Positions 1-8,905 of a stretch of DNA of 60,874 nt are shown one piece after another; within the stretch, counting starts at the first letter, position 1, and each line of letters opens with the position of its first letter. Position numbers and translations under genes: made by a program. The notes beneath the pieces are model-generated. The model was not told where the DNA came from. It saw only the letters and a program-made list of their open reading frames with translations, and made no database searches. Source of the stretch: Pseudomonadota bacterium (GTDB lineage Bacteria > Bdellovibrionota > Bdellovibrionia > Bdellovibrionales > SG-bin7); the NCBI GenBank assembly GCA_034439715.1, contig JAWXAY010000053.1, positions 1 through 60,874 on the forward strand. Direction: 5' to 3'.

Positions 1-227
1 CTGATGCGCTAATCCGTGGGAAAGCGTACCAAAAAGAAACATAAAGAGGACAAAATCCCTGAAGAATTAAAGGCGGACAGAATCGCTGGAGAGTTACACG
101 GGGAACCTTTCAAGGCTGTCTATTTTATCTTATACATTCGTCAACTCCTTAGCCATTGCCTCACTCAGATACCCCACCTAAACAACTAAAAATTTTGATG
201 AATCTCATTTTGAGAGGCCAAATTCTC

Positions 228-243
228 TGGCCCATTTCTTGAA
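228..243 (+). promoter_or_regulatory. Putative sigma54 (-24/-12) promoter of the metalloprotease gene
   Basis: TGGCCC-ATTTC-TTGAA vs consensus TGGCAC-N5-TTGCW, 29 nt before the GTG at 273; dyad CTCATTTTGAG at 204-214 just upstream. Confidence 0.45.
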
Positions 244-272
244 TTGGTAAGAGACAAGGGCCGGGGGTAAAA

Positions 273-1784
273 GTGATTTCCATAAAAAACATGATGTTGC
301 TAGCCAGTGTGAGTGTTTGGTTTACGGGGTGCATGAAGTCGCCCTATGAAGCCACCAAAGAATCCCAGATCAATATACCCTCTTTCTCCTCAATAGTTGT
401 CTCCCCCAAGTCCTTTGAAATGAATGACGATAGCGAGCTTAAGGGTACGATTGATGCTATCTCTCGAGTAAGCGGTGGTATTACCTACCGTATTTCGAAA
501 GCACCCTTGCATGGCCGACTTGTTATAACCGAAAGTACTGGCGAGTTTTCTTATATACCCGGTCGGGGATTTTATGGAAATGACAGCTTTGAAATCTTTG
601 CTACAGTAGGATCAATAGAATCAGCACCTGCCAAGATGGATATTAAAATTAATCCCCTGTTTACTGACGCTGACCTCGCACTCAATGCATCGCCCAACTG
701 TGCCGCTGACCCCATTGTAAATACTTGTCTATTTTGGAAAAATCCCGTGGCACAAAATAAGGCTCCACTGGCCGCCCCCATCACCGCAACTTCTAATCTA
801 AGTGCCCTAACAACTCACTCCGTAAATATAATGCCTGACTGGTATGACAGCTCAGGGTTTCTTAAAAATCTATCCATTGATGTTTATGCCGATACTCTTG
901 CCAATGTGGCTTCTCGAGTAAGTACAGCTGGAGCAAATTTTAAATTTTCCTATGGCAATGATCCCAAACATCAATTGAGCCAAGTCATGGCCTTTTATTG
1001 GCTCAATATGCAAATTAAATATATGACTGCGCGTGTGGGGAACTTTTTTGCAAGAGATAAAAACTTAAGAGTTTTTGCCTGGGATAATTCCGCTGGCGCT
1101 CGGGACAACGCTTACTACGCTACAGACGCCAATGAAATGCATATGGGCATAGACTCGACAACGGGCAATGAAAATGCTTTGGGTGCTGAAATTATTCTTC
1201 ACGAAATGGGCCATGCAAACGTGGATCACGCCACCAACAGACTTATAAATCAATTATCAAGTGCCACCCACAAATTTTGTGTCAACGCTACCGATGGCAA
1301 TGTTTGCTGTACGGGGCGCCTAGGCTGTTCATTTGCTATGAACGAGGGACAGGCCGACTATCACTCAATAATAATGTTCGACTCTGATCCCGCACTAGGC
1401 CAACATATTACAAACACAATTAACGGTTTAGCGAGCTGCGGAATTTCACGAAACAGTGTGCTAAATTCAGCTATCACGGCTGATACGGTATTGGGCGCCT
1501 GTGGTAATAATGGTTTCGACGTCCGCTTTAACGGCGAGGTTCATGTCGTGGGGTCACTCTATGCCTCTATTTGGTTTGAACTTCGTAAAAGAGCAAAACT
1601 CGTCAACGCTGCAGAAGTCGTACTACTTGATAAACTATTTAACGAACACTTAAAAATTATCAGAGGTAATGATACTTTTAGTACCATTTACGATAAAATC
1701 ATCGCCATCGACACCAGTTTATTTGCCAGCAGATTCGCCACTTCAATAACGGCTGAATTTCGGCGGCGCCTTATTATCCCTTAA
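273..1784 (+). CDS. Lipoprotein zinc metalloprotease (M4/M36-like gluzincin) with N-terminal cadherin/Ig-like domain
   Basis: Lipobox FTGC; Ig-like segment P.HG.L....GEFSY.P..GFYGNDSF; DNAYY, HEMGH, NEGQAD and GEVH motifs typical of thermolysin/fungalysin-type proteases. Confidence 0.8.
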   Translation: MISIKNMMLLASVSVWFTGCMKSPYEATKESQINIPSFSSIVVSPKSFEMNDDSELKGTIDAISRVSGGITYRISKAPLHGRLVITESTGEFSYIPGRGFYGNDSFEIFATVGSIESAPAKMDIKINPLFTDADLALNASPNCAADPIVNTCLFWKNPVAQNKAPLAAPITATSNLSALTTHSVNIMPDWYDSSGFLKNLSIDVYADTLANVASRVSTAGANFKFSYGNDPKHQLSQVMAFYWLNMQIKYMTARVGNFFARDKNLRVFAWDNSAGARDNAYYATDANEMHMGIDSTTGNENALGAEIILHEMGHANVDHATNRLINQLSSATHKFCVNATDGNVCCTGRLGCSFAMNEGQADYHSIIMFDSDPALGQHITNTINGLASCGISRNSVLNSAITADTVLGACGNNGFDVRFNGEVHVVGSLYASIWFELRKRAKLVNAAEVVLLDKLFNEHLKIIRGNDTFSTIYDKIIAIDTSLFASRFATSITAEFRRRLIIP

Positions 1785-1791
1785 AAATTAC

Positions 1792-3129
1792 TTAAGGAAT
1801 AAATTTCGAAACTTGGGCTGACATTTTACTTTCGTTCCCCGCATTATCATAAGCAGTAATTGCAAAATAGTGCGTCTTTCCGCGAGTCACATTATTCCAG
1901 GTGTAAGCGATGACTTTACCCAATGTTACTGGCGCCCCTGTTGAAAAATTGCCTGAGACCTCACTGTGGTACACCTTGTAGCCCGCTAAATCCTTCTCGG
2001 TATTGGCAGTCCAAGCTAGTTTGACAAAACTAGACGACGTCGCCGCTTTGACGTTCCAAACAAAGTTGACGCTCGTTGAAATACTGGCGACAGTGTCTTT
2101 GACAGTTATTGTCGTTGAGTAAGGGCTCGACGCTGAGGCGTTACTTCCTATAGTTCCAGAAATTAAACCTGACTTAACAGCAATGCTGAGCCCTGTCGGC
2201 AAGCCACTTGCCGAGTAATTTAAAGCACTCCCCTGAGGACTTGAGGCCTGAATCTGCAAACTCACAACAGCACCATTATTATTTGTTTTGGTACCAGGAT
2301 TGGTCACGTTAGGTGGAAGCTTATTAGTACTCGCCGAAATATTCCAAGTTATCGTCGTGCTGCTCGTGTTATTACCGTCACTCGCTTTCAATGTGGTATT
2401 ATAGGGACTCCCCGCCTTGGTTCCTGACGTCACGTTTCCGGTAATTTTACCCGAAGTCGAACTGATGCTTAACCCTTTTGGCAAACCCGTTGCTGAAAAT
2501 GCAATCGGTGAGCCTTCAGGATCTTTAGCCGTGACTTGAATCGATACCGAGTTACCCTCTTTGTTGCTTTGATTGCCGGGGTTCGTAATTTTGGGCGGCA
2601 GATCCTGTCCTGAACCACAGGCGGTACCTAACAATCCGATGTTGATAATTTTAGAGGTGTCCTTTGTGTCTCGAAAAATTTGGTATTGGCCTATCATGCG
2701 ATTGTGAAAACCGGTGCACGTATAATTAAAATTAACTTCGCCATTAGAGCCCATATTTATGAATCCACCACATTTAGTGTCATTAAATGAAAAACTGGTG
2801 GCGCCAGTTGAGCCGACCAGGCTCCCTGTGCAAGTAAGCGTACCAGCTGGAGCATAGATATTCGTTGAGGATTGCCACTTAAGTTGCGTGCAGGTTCTCA
2901 ATTTATAGGAACCATCACTCGCTTTTGAAAAAACGACTCTTAACGGATAGGCGCCACTGCAGTTTACTGGCAGCTGCTTAATTGCCTGAAATTTTCTAAA
3001 GGCATCAAAGTCAGAGTCAAAGTTAAAGTCAGAAGCCGCTTCGGGCTTTTGTGAAAATCTCACTTTACTTTTATTGCAACCAGTTATTAGATACACAAAT
3101 ACTAAAGAAAAACACATAAGTTTTTTCAC
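1792..3129 (-). CDS. Surface lipoprotein with two putative Ig (He_PIG-like) domains and a C-terminal fibronectin type III domain
   Basis: GTG at 3129 after GGAGG; lipobox ITGC; two repeats P..TNPG...G..VS.Q..A....SA.GLP.GLSI....G.I.G; FN3-like LAWTAN.E.DLAGYKVY...YFAITAYDNAGNES. Confidence 0.8.
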   Translation of the reverse strand: MKKLMCFSLVFVYLITGCNKSKVRFSQKPEAASDFNFDSDFDAFRKFQAIKQLPVNCSGAYPLRVVFSKASDGSYKLRTCTQLKWQSSTNIYAPAGTLTCTGSLVGSTGATSFSFNDTKCGGFINMGSNGEVNFNYTCTGFHNRMIGQYQIFRDTKDTSKIINIGLLGTACGSGQDLPPKITNPGNQSNKEGNSVSIQVTAKDPEGSPIAFSATGLPKGLSISSTSGKITGNVTSGTKAGSPYNTTLKASDGNNTSSTTITWNISASTNKLPPNVTNPGTKTNNNGAVVSLQIQASSPQGSALNYSASGLPTGLSIAVKSGLISGTIGSNASASSPYSTTITVKDTVASISTSVNFVWNVKAATSSSFVKLAWTANTEKDLAGYKVYHSEVSGNFSTGAPVTLGKVIAYTWNNVTRGKTHYFAITAYDNAGNESKMSAQVSKFIP

Positions 3130-3159
3130 ACGACCTCCGACCAAGCAGAATCATCCTAG

Positions 3160-3175
3160 TACAATCATCGTGCCA
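3160..3175 (-). promoter_or_regulatory. Putative sigma54 promoter of the Ig/FN3 lipoprotein gene
   Basis: Minus strand TGGCAC-GATGA-TTGTA, 30 nt upstream of the start. Confidence 0.55.
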
Positions 3176-3363
3176 ATTTAATGTGACAGAATGCGGCTAT
3201 CAAAACAATTTGTGCCAGGGCGAAGTCAAACATATTTGATCTCGTCTCATTTTTCAAAACTTACCAAAATGGCCCATATTAGAAACTTTTATTGAAATTT
3301 TTTTGTAGTGACGGGGAATGTTCAGCACTCAGTTTTTTTTTCAAAACTTTTCTATAGGAACTA

Positions 3364-4578
3364 TTATCTGAGTAGTACCTCGGGATTTTTACCTAAATCC
3401 AAAGTTATATTTTTTTGGTGAGCCTCAAGAGTGCCACCGCCAATTTCTAAAAGTTTAGCGTCTCGCCATAGCCTCTCAACAACGTATTCACCGACATACC
3501 CATAGCCGCCTAATACTTGCATCGCACGATCAGCAACGTTTTTACCCATAGTAGTAGCTACTAGTTTTACGCCGTCGGAATCTAAGCGTTGGCCATATTG
3601 ATCGAGTTTTAATTTCCGCGCGGTCTCATAGACATAAGCTCTTGCCGCCATATATTCAGCGTAACTGTCGCCAATGTATCTCTGAATTTGTCCAAAATCT
3701 TTTAGTGGTTTACCAAACGCATGCCTTTCGCTCGCGTAGCGATTCATGACCTCCAGACTGCGTCGGGCAATTCCTAAACTCATCGCCGCTAAAGTGAGGC
3801 GCTCCAACTGCAAATTTCTCATCATGTGCAATGAAGAATCACCCGGTTTTCCCACCATATTAGACTTTGGCACTTTAACTTGATCAAACACGAGCTCTGC
3901 CGTGTTGCTGGCGCGCATTCCAGTTTTGTCGCGAATCTTTTGTCCAACACTATAGCCTTTAAAACCCTTTTCAATTAGGAAAGTCGAAATCTCGGCTCTT
4001 CCCTTTATCGTACCCGTACGTGCATAGACCCAAACGCAGTCTGCGGGCGTTCCGTCATCATCTACACAGCCATTGGTGATCCACATTTTTTGACCATTCA
4101 CAACCCAATAATCTTTTTCCTCAACACCTGTGGTGGACATACCAAGAACATCAGTACCTATATGAGCCTCTGACATGGCCATGGCACCAATCCACTCTCC
4201 ACTACAGAGTTTAGGTAAAAATCTCTCTTTTTGCTCTTTGCTGGCATTAACCGCACAGTTATTCACACACAACATCGCATGAGCCAAATAGGACAAACAT
4301 AAACCGGGATCAGAGGCCGAAAGCTCCTCATGAACAATTACAGAGGATAGCGCATCCATTCCTGCTCCCCCATAATCTTCAGAAACAGTAATGCCGAGGA
4401 GTCCCAGTTCTCCTAATTTTTTAAATAGTGACAGATTAAAACGCTCTTCGCGATCATGTTTAAGGGCTTGGGGTTCAATTTCTGACTTTACAAATCCACG
4501 AACAGAATCACGCAACATTTTGTGACTTTCTGTAGGATTATATAGATCATATGAAGTATAGTCTTGCATCAGCACCAA
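3364..4578 (-). CDS. Acyl-CoA dehydrogenase (isovaleryl-CoA dehydrogenase-like)
   Basis: AMAMSE..GTD, NGQKMWITNG, GMRASNTAELVF, QVLGGYGYVGEY.VERLWRDAKLLEIGGGT; start may be ATG 4569. Confidence 0.93.
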   Translation of the reverse strand: MVLMQDYTSYDLYNPTESHKMLRDSVRGFVKSEIEPQALKHDREERFNLSLFKKLGELGLLGITVSEDYGGAGMDALSSVIVHEELSASDPGLCLSYLAHAMLCVNNCAVNASKEQKERFLPKLCSGEWIGAMAMSEAHIGTDVLGMSTTGVEEKDYWVVNGQKMWITNGCVDDDGTPADCVWVYARTGTIKGRAEISTFLIEKGFKGYSVGQKIRDKTGMRASNTAELVFDQVKVPKSNMVGKPGDSSLHMMRNLQLERLTLAAMSLGIARRSLEVMNRYASERHAFGKPLKDFGQIQRYIGDSYAEYMAARAYVYETARKLKLDQYGQRLDSDGVKLVATTMGKNVADRAMQVLGGYGYVGEYVVERLWRDAKLLEIGGGTLEAHQKNITLDLGKNPEVLLR

Positions 4579-4608
4579 AACTAAACACTTCCCTAAATTT
4601 GCGTCAAA

Positions 4609-5748
4609 TTATATTTCGAAGTTTAAAGAGAATGTTGTGAGAAAGCCTTGGTTATAGCCGCTAGCATAATCAACTTCATAGATTTGTTTGAATCCGCGCA
4701 TAAAAAGTCCTTCAACGACAAGGCTCGCATTGGAGCCAAGCTTAAGCTTTCCGCCGAGGCCTATTGTGCCTAGAAAATCCATGCGACTATACTCTGCTGT
4801 ATTATCTAAAGTCTTTGTACTAGTGGTTCCATATTGTTCAAGTCTTCCGCTAGTTAGGTATGCAGGCCAAATACCTGCTTTGCCAAATAAGGCCGACTGG
4901 CTGGGCTCATTAAAATAGTAGAGCGCCATTATCGGAAGAGCAATGTAACTACGATCCCGATACTCAATATAGTCTTCGCCAACTCCCAGAAGGCTGAAAT
5001 CGAGAACTTCGCGTTTGGCCCCAGCACGTAAATACACTAGGCCCGTCTCAAGCCTCAGGCGCCCAGAACCTATGTCTGCAAGTAGCCCTGCACTATAACC
5101 TTCAAAATATTCATATCCTTGAGCAGCTCGCCGGGTGGGGTCTTCACTTGGTCCATCAATCATGAATAAACTGTAACCTACCAAGGGCTGAACCGACCAA
5201 GAGCTAACACCTGATTCTTTCTCGACTACGATGGGCGCAGATTTACTAACAGGTGTCGAGGTGACAGTGGGGGTGGGATCTGGTTCTGGTTTAGCAGTAG
5301 AAACAGTTGAAATTGAATTGGCAAATACTTTCATTTCTGGCGTTTCTTCCTGGGGATCGGCTTTTTGAACTGCGACCCTTTTCGCACGGAGGACTTTTTT
5401 GTTGGCAAGTCGTTCTTTGCGATTTTCTTTTCTAATAGCCGCAAAGTCCTCTAATTTTTCACTCTTGTCGAGGTCTCCGGCATCTGAAAGGTCTTTCATA
5501 AAGTCATTTTCTTCTGAATCAGATGATTTACTATTTCCGTATTCAACATTGGAAAATATGTCTTTGTACTTATCTTTAACAGCAGTCTTTTTTAATGATT
5601 TGCCTTTTGCCATCTTAGTGGTCTTCGCTATCTTTTTTTGAGGCTTACGTGCCACTGACTTTCTTTTAAGTTCCAGCACGAGGGGATCAGTTTTAGCGAA
5701 GGCAAATGCCAACTGGATGGTAATTAAAATCGTTATTACAAATTTCAT
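4609..5748 (-). CDS. Outer-membrane beta-barrel protein with long charged low-complexity N-terminal region
   Basis: Signal peptide; Lys/Glu-rich then Pro/Thr-rich linker; C-terminal alternating amphipathic strands ending FSLNFEI. Confidence 0.65.
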   Translation of the reverse strand: MKFVITILITIQLAFAFAKTDPLVLELKRKSVARKPQKKIAKTTKMAKGKSLKKTAVKDKYKDIFSNVEYGNSKSSDSEENDFMKDLSDAGDLDKSEKLEDFAAIRKENRKERLANKKVLRAKRVAVQKADPQEETPEMKVFANSISTVSTAKPEPDPTPTVTSTPVSKSAPIVVEKESGVSSWSVQPLVGYSLFMIDGPSEDPTRRAAQGYEYFEGYSAGLLADIGSGRLRLETGLVYLRAGAKREVLDFSLLGVGEDYIEYRDRSYIALPIMALYYFNEPSQSALFGKAGIWPAYLTSGRLEQYGTTSTKTLDNTAEYSRMDFLGTIGLGGKLKLGSNASLVVEGLFMRGFKQIYEVDYASGYNQGFLTTFSLNFEI

Positions 5749-5791
5749 GCGGACTCCTCAAAAAACTAGGTAAAATTCATATTCATGTAAG

Positions 5792-5807
5792 TGCAGCGCC
5801 TATACCA
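5792..5807 (-). promoter_or_regulatory. Putative sigma54 promoter of the beta-barrel gene
   Basis: Minus strand TGGTAT-AGGCG-CTGCA (GG-N10-GC), 43 nt upstream of the ATG. Confidence 0.4.
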
Positions 5808-5965
5808 AGCGAAAGGCCCTATATTCGATCCTGACATCTATAAACTGCTTTTTAGCGCAGCAATGGGCGCAAAATGTGGCTCTCTGTCAAAATTAATTGC
5901 ACCACCCTTAAATCTAGATTTACAATTTTTTTGGTCTATTTTTGGTCTTTTAAAGTGGGGTACAC

Positions 5966-6247
5966 ATGTTGCGTCTAATTTGCTTTTTTATGTTTTTGGT
6001 TTCTTGTCACAGTGTCGAAAAATTTCCAGAGGCTAGCGAAGTCAAAGTTGGCGCCAATATTCCCGATAAAAAATGCCAAGAAATTTCAAAAGTAACGGGC
6101 CGTTCAAGTTCCGTAAAACCCGATGAAGTCGCCGCGATTACCGATCTGAAAGCCGAAGCTTCTCTCATTGGCGCCAACTATGTTCAGATGATTCAGAAAT
6201 CTAGTCTTGGGACTGAAGTCACGGGCATGGCATTTAAGTGTCCTTAG
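5966..6247 (+). CDS. Small lipoprotein (DUF4156-like)
   Basis: Lipobox LVSC; C..I.KVTG...A..DLK.EA..IGANYV...G.A(F/Y)KCP pattern. Confidence 0.7.
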   Translation: MLRLICFFMFLVSCHSVEKFPEASEVKVGANIPDKKCQEISKVTGRSSSVKPDEVAAITDLKAEASLIGANYVQMIQKSSLGTEVTGMAFKCP

Positions 6248-6253
6248 AAAAAT

Positions 6254-6269
6254 TGGCGTATTTTCTGCA
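6254..6269 (+). promoter_or_regulatory. Putative sigma54 promoter; predicted +1 about 2 nt before GTG 6282
   Basis: TGGCGT-ATTTT-CTGCA. Confidence 0.5.
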
Positions 6270-6281
6270 TTTACACTTCAT

Positions 6282-7145
6282 GTGAAAAATAAACGTATCC
6301 CTCTGGTTTTTAAGCTACTTTCGGCGCTGATTTTCGGCTCTATGTTGGCGCAATTGACACCTGCCTATGCCGGCGGAAGCTCGGGCGGAGGGCCTGGTAC
6401 TGCAGTTATTAATTCTGATCAAACCGCCACCCTACTACCGATTTATCTCGCCAATCCTAATTTCCGCGATTCATTTGTCTCTGGCATAGTTGAGTTACCC
6501 GAACCCTTTACGGCGTGTGAACATAATCCTCTCTTTACGCTGGTGCTCCCCTATGTCGCGTGTAACCCGGTAAAAGCCGTTACCCTAATCGGCCAACTTC
6601 TGCTAAAAAAGATAGAGAGTTGGCGCTGCTCTTCGCCCACCCTTATGCAAGCCATTCACCAAGGACTTTTATGGTCGAATTTCTATTTTACAAAAGATAA
6701 AGCGGCTCCTGATACAGAGCCTCTTGACGATGGATACTACCTGCCCGCTCCAGATCAAAAGATCCAATTAAAAACTGCTGCGTATTATGATCGCGATACC
6801 TTCGTACGAGTAAACACTGAAGTGTACAACCTATTAGGTGACCACTCGCGCGCCGCCCTCTTTTTATGGGAATCATTACGCGAAGTTATTTTAGCCAATG
6901 GTGGGAACATCAGTCTTGAGCAGCAACAAAATTTAGTGGCCAAAATTATTTTATCTTTGCCGATAGAAGGCGAAACCTTAGAAACCAGTGAGTTCATGAG
7001 TGGTGCGCTTTTAGATTTGGCGAAAGAAAATCATTTAAATAAAAATTCCGAAAAGTGCACTCCGGCCCGACCTTTTCCTATAGACTTTCGCCAAAAGTTA
7101 ATTATAAAACGCTCGCACGACCTGACGAAATTTTTTAATCGTTAG
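6282..7145 (+). CDS. Secreted hypothetical protein with Gly-rich mature N-terminus
   Basis: In-frame GTG at 6282 avoids overlap with the upstream gene; signal peptide ending AYA, then GGSSGGGPG. Confidence 0.65.
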   Translation: MKNKRIPLVFKLLSALIFGSMLAQLTPAYAGGSSGGGPGTAVINSDQTATLLPIYLANPNFRDSFVSGIVELPEPFTACEHNPLFTLVLPYVACNPVKAVTLIGQLLLKKIESWRCSSPTLMQAIHQGLLWSNFYFTKDKAAPDTEPLDDGYYLPAPDQKIQLKTAAYYDRDTFVRVNTEVYNLLGDHSRAALFLWESLREVILANGGNISLEQQQNLVAKIILSLPIEGETLETSEFMSGALLDLAKENHLNKNSEKCTPARPFPIDFRQKLIIKRSHDLTKFFNR

Positions 7146-7963
7146 ATTTCGTAAAAATCTAGGGCTAGAGAATAAATGACTTCTTCTTTTGACTCTCTAA
7201 TTTTCTTTTGAGAATTTTCCATACACTTTATAAAAAATGATTTTAGCTCTAAAGCATCATCTTTAGAAAGTGTGACTACTGTTGAGTAATGGAGGTCTCT
7301 TGGGCCTTCGTGCATTAAAGACGTCAGTGCATGAACACGCCAGTTGCTGTGATGTTTAATCACCATTTGTGAATCATCATTGTTAATATATAAATGCGCA
7401 GTCCCCAATGCCAAACCATTTGATTTTTCAACGACTAGATTTCTGCTCACTAAGAATTCCACAACCTCGATCACTTTTTTTATGGGAATGCGAAAGTGTT
7501 CTGCTAGCGCTTGAATGTTATTTAAACCCGGAACTGCAACCGCCATATGAACGGCAGCATATATAAAAGACGAATAATATTTTGACTGATCTTCGTGAGA
7601 TAGATTTTTATCGACTTGGATACGATCCTTTAAAGTTAAACGTTTTTTCAATATTTGATTTAACTCATCTCGAAAATATTCCTTAAGTTCTTTGGTGGCT
7701 GCACGTGCCATTAACACTAGATTTATATAAAAGCGCGATTCATCAGGGGAATGATTTAGAAAGCGATTTACGCGCTCAGCGTGCTCAAGACTAAAATGCG
7801 CTTCTTTGTGTAGAACTTGTGAAACAAAGGCGCGTTGACAATTAATACTTTGGGCAAGTTGAGCTTGAAATCCCCGCCCACCCTTCGGGTGAGTTTTTAT
7901 CTTGAAGACTAAATAACGTTTATAATCCTGAAAATCAAATATGTTTTTTTCCATAAATTCCAA
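7142..7963 (-). CDS. TIGR02147 / DUF4423 family protein (N-terminal HTH-like, probable regulator)
   Basis: IFDFQDYKRYL, LAQSINCQRAFVSQVL..EAHFSLEHA, YYSS, HHSNWR, DLHYS, YSLALDFY; clear paralogue of 40246-41052; start may be ATG 7954. Confidence 0.85.
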   Translation of the reverse strand: MEFMEKNIFDFQDYKRYLVFKIKTHPKGGRGFQAQLAQSINCQRAFVSQVLHKEAHFSLEHAERVNRFLNHSPDESRFYINLVLMARAATKELKEYFRDELNQILKKRLTLKDRIQVDKNLSHEDQSKYYSSFIYAAVHMAVAVPGLNNIQALAEHFRIPIKKVIEVVEFLVSRNLVVEKSNGLALGTAHLYINNDDSQMVIKHHSNWRVHALTSLMHEGPRDLHYSTVVTLSKDDALELKSFFIKCMENSQKKIRESKEEVIYSLALDFYEI

Positions 7964-7980
7964 TGGTTACAGGGTACTTG

Positions 7981-7995
7981 TAGAGTATTACTATA
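7981..7995. promoter_or_regulatory. Imperfect palindrome, candidate operator in the TIGR02147 divergent region
   Basis: TAGAGT-ATT-ACTATA; 13/15 identical to the palindrome at 41070-41084 in the equivalent position. Confidence 0.65.
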
Positions 7996-8092
7996 TTATC
8001 GGTTAATTAATTAAAAACATTTGACTTTTAATTTTCCATCACTAGCACTATTATTAATGCACTGCAACACAACCACAAACTAAGGAGATTTC

Positions 8093-8767
8093 ATGAATAC
8101 AATTATACTTACCGCTTTAATTTCGATTTTTTCGTTAACATCATTTGCCGAGCTCACCGAGAGATCGGGGTTTTTTTATAACACGCAGGTTTGTTCACCT
8201 CATGCATATGACAGGCTGTCGGGCCCCGCCAATTATATTCGCAATCCTTTTGAACTCCCCCACACATGGGATCACTTGGGTAATGAGCGTGGTAAGATAA
8301 ATTGTATTCAGGTTCAAACTTCGTTCTGTATTCAAAATATTTCTCCAGATTTTACTTTTAACTCACAGTCTTTTACCGGTTGGCTGCTCTTGTCGGGACT
8401 CGTAATAGAAAGTGGCAAGGTTTCTGAAAAGTCCATTTCAACGTATTTGGCAACTACACTTAAAGATAAAAACATAATTAACTCGCGGAACTCAAATTTT
8501 AGTTTCCCGAGTCTTATGCCTGCCCTCAACGACTTTCTTTGGGGAATTCCCGGCGCAATTACCGGTGCTGTCGAAGATACGATCAATGCCATCGACGATT
8601 CTTCACATGAAAGCCGACGAGAGGAAGAATTAGAGAAGTTAACTTACGCAGCCAAAGTTAAATTAATTAGCGAAGCTCTACACGCAACTGAGCCCGCATT
8701 TGTTTGCCCGGGTAGTGAAAATCAAATCAATCGTGTGCGAGATTCCCTAAAAGCACGACTACGTTAG
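8093..8767 (+). CDS. Secreted hypothetical protein
   Basis: Strong SD AAGGAG; signal peptide ending SFA; 224-aa ORF. Confidence 0.75.
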   Translation: MNTIILTALISIFSLTSFAELTERSGFFYNTQVCSPHAYDRLSGPANYIRNPFELPHTWDHLGNERGKINCIQVQTSFCIQNISPDFTFNSQSFTGWLLLSGLVIESGKVSEKSISTYLATTLKDKNIINSRNSNFSFPSLMPALNDFLWGIPGAITGAVEDTINAIDDSSHESRREEELEKLTYAAKVKLISEALHATEPAFVCPGSENQINRVRDSLKARLR

Positions 8768-8779
8768 TTTCTCATAGGT

Positions 8780-8799
8780 GGCAGGGCCAGTGCCCTGCC
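8780..8799 (+). terminator. GC-rich hairpin after the stop codon (terminator or RNA-stability element)
   Basis: GGCAGGGC-CAGT-GCCCTGCC perfect 8-bp stem; no U-tract. Confidence 0.45.
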
Positions 8800-8905
8800 G
8801 AGCCGGCGTGGTTCACAATACGAAGATGGCACTAGGCTATAGTCGAGACTACTTACAACTCGATCTGAAATTTCATAATGCAAGAGGAAGTTCCGATAAT
8901 TATGA

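Noticed and set aside
1..150. Possible ncRNA, leader or gene start on the minus strand (TTGACG near 138-143)
   Set aside because: Cut by the window edge; no recognisable RNA family or convincing ORF
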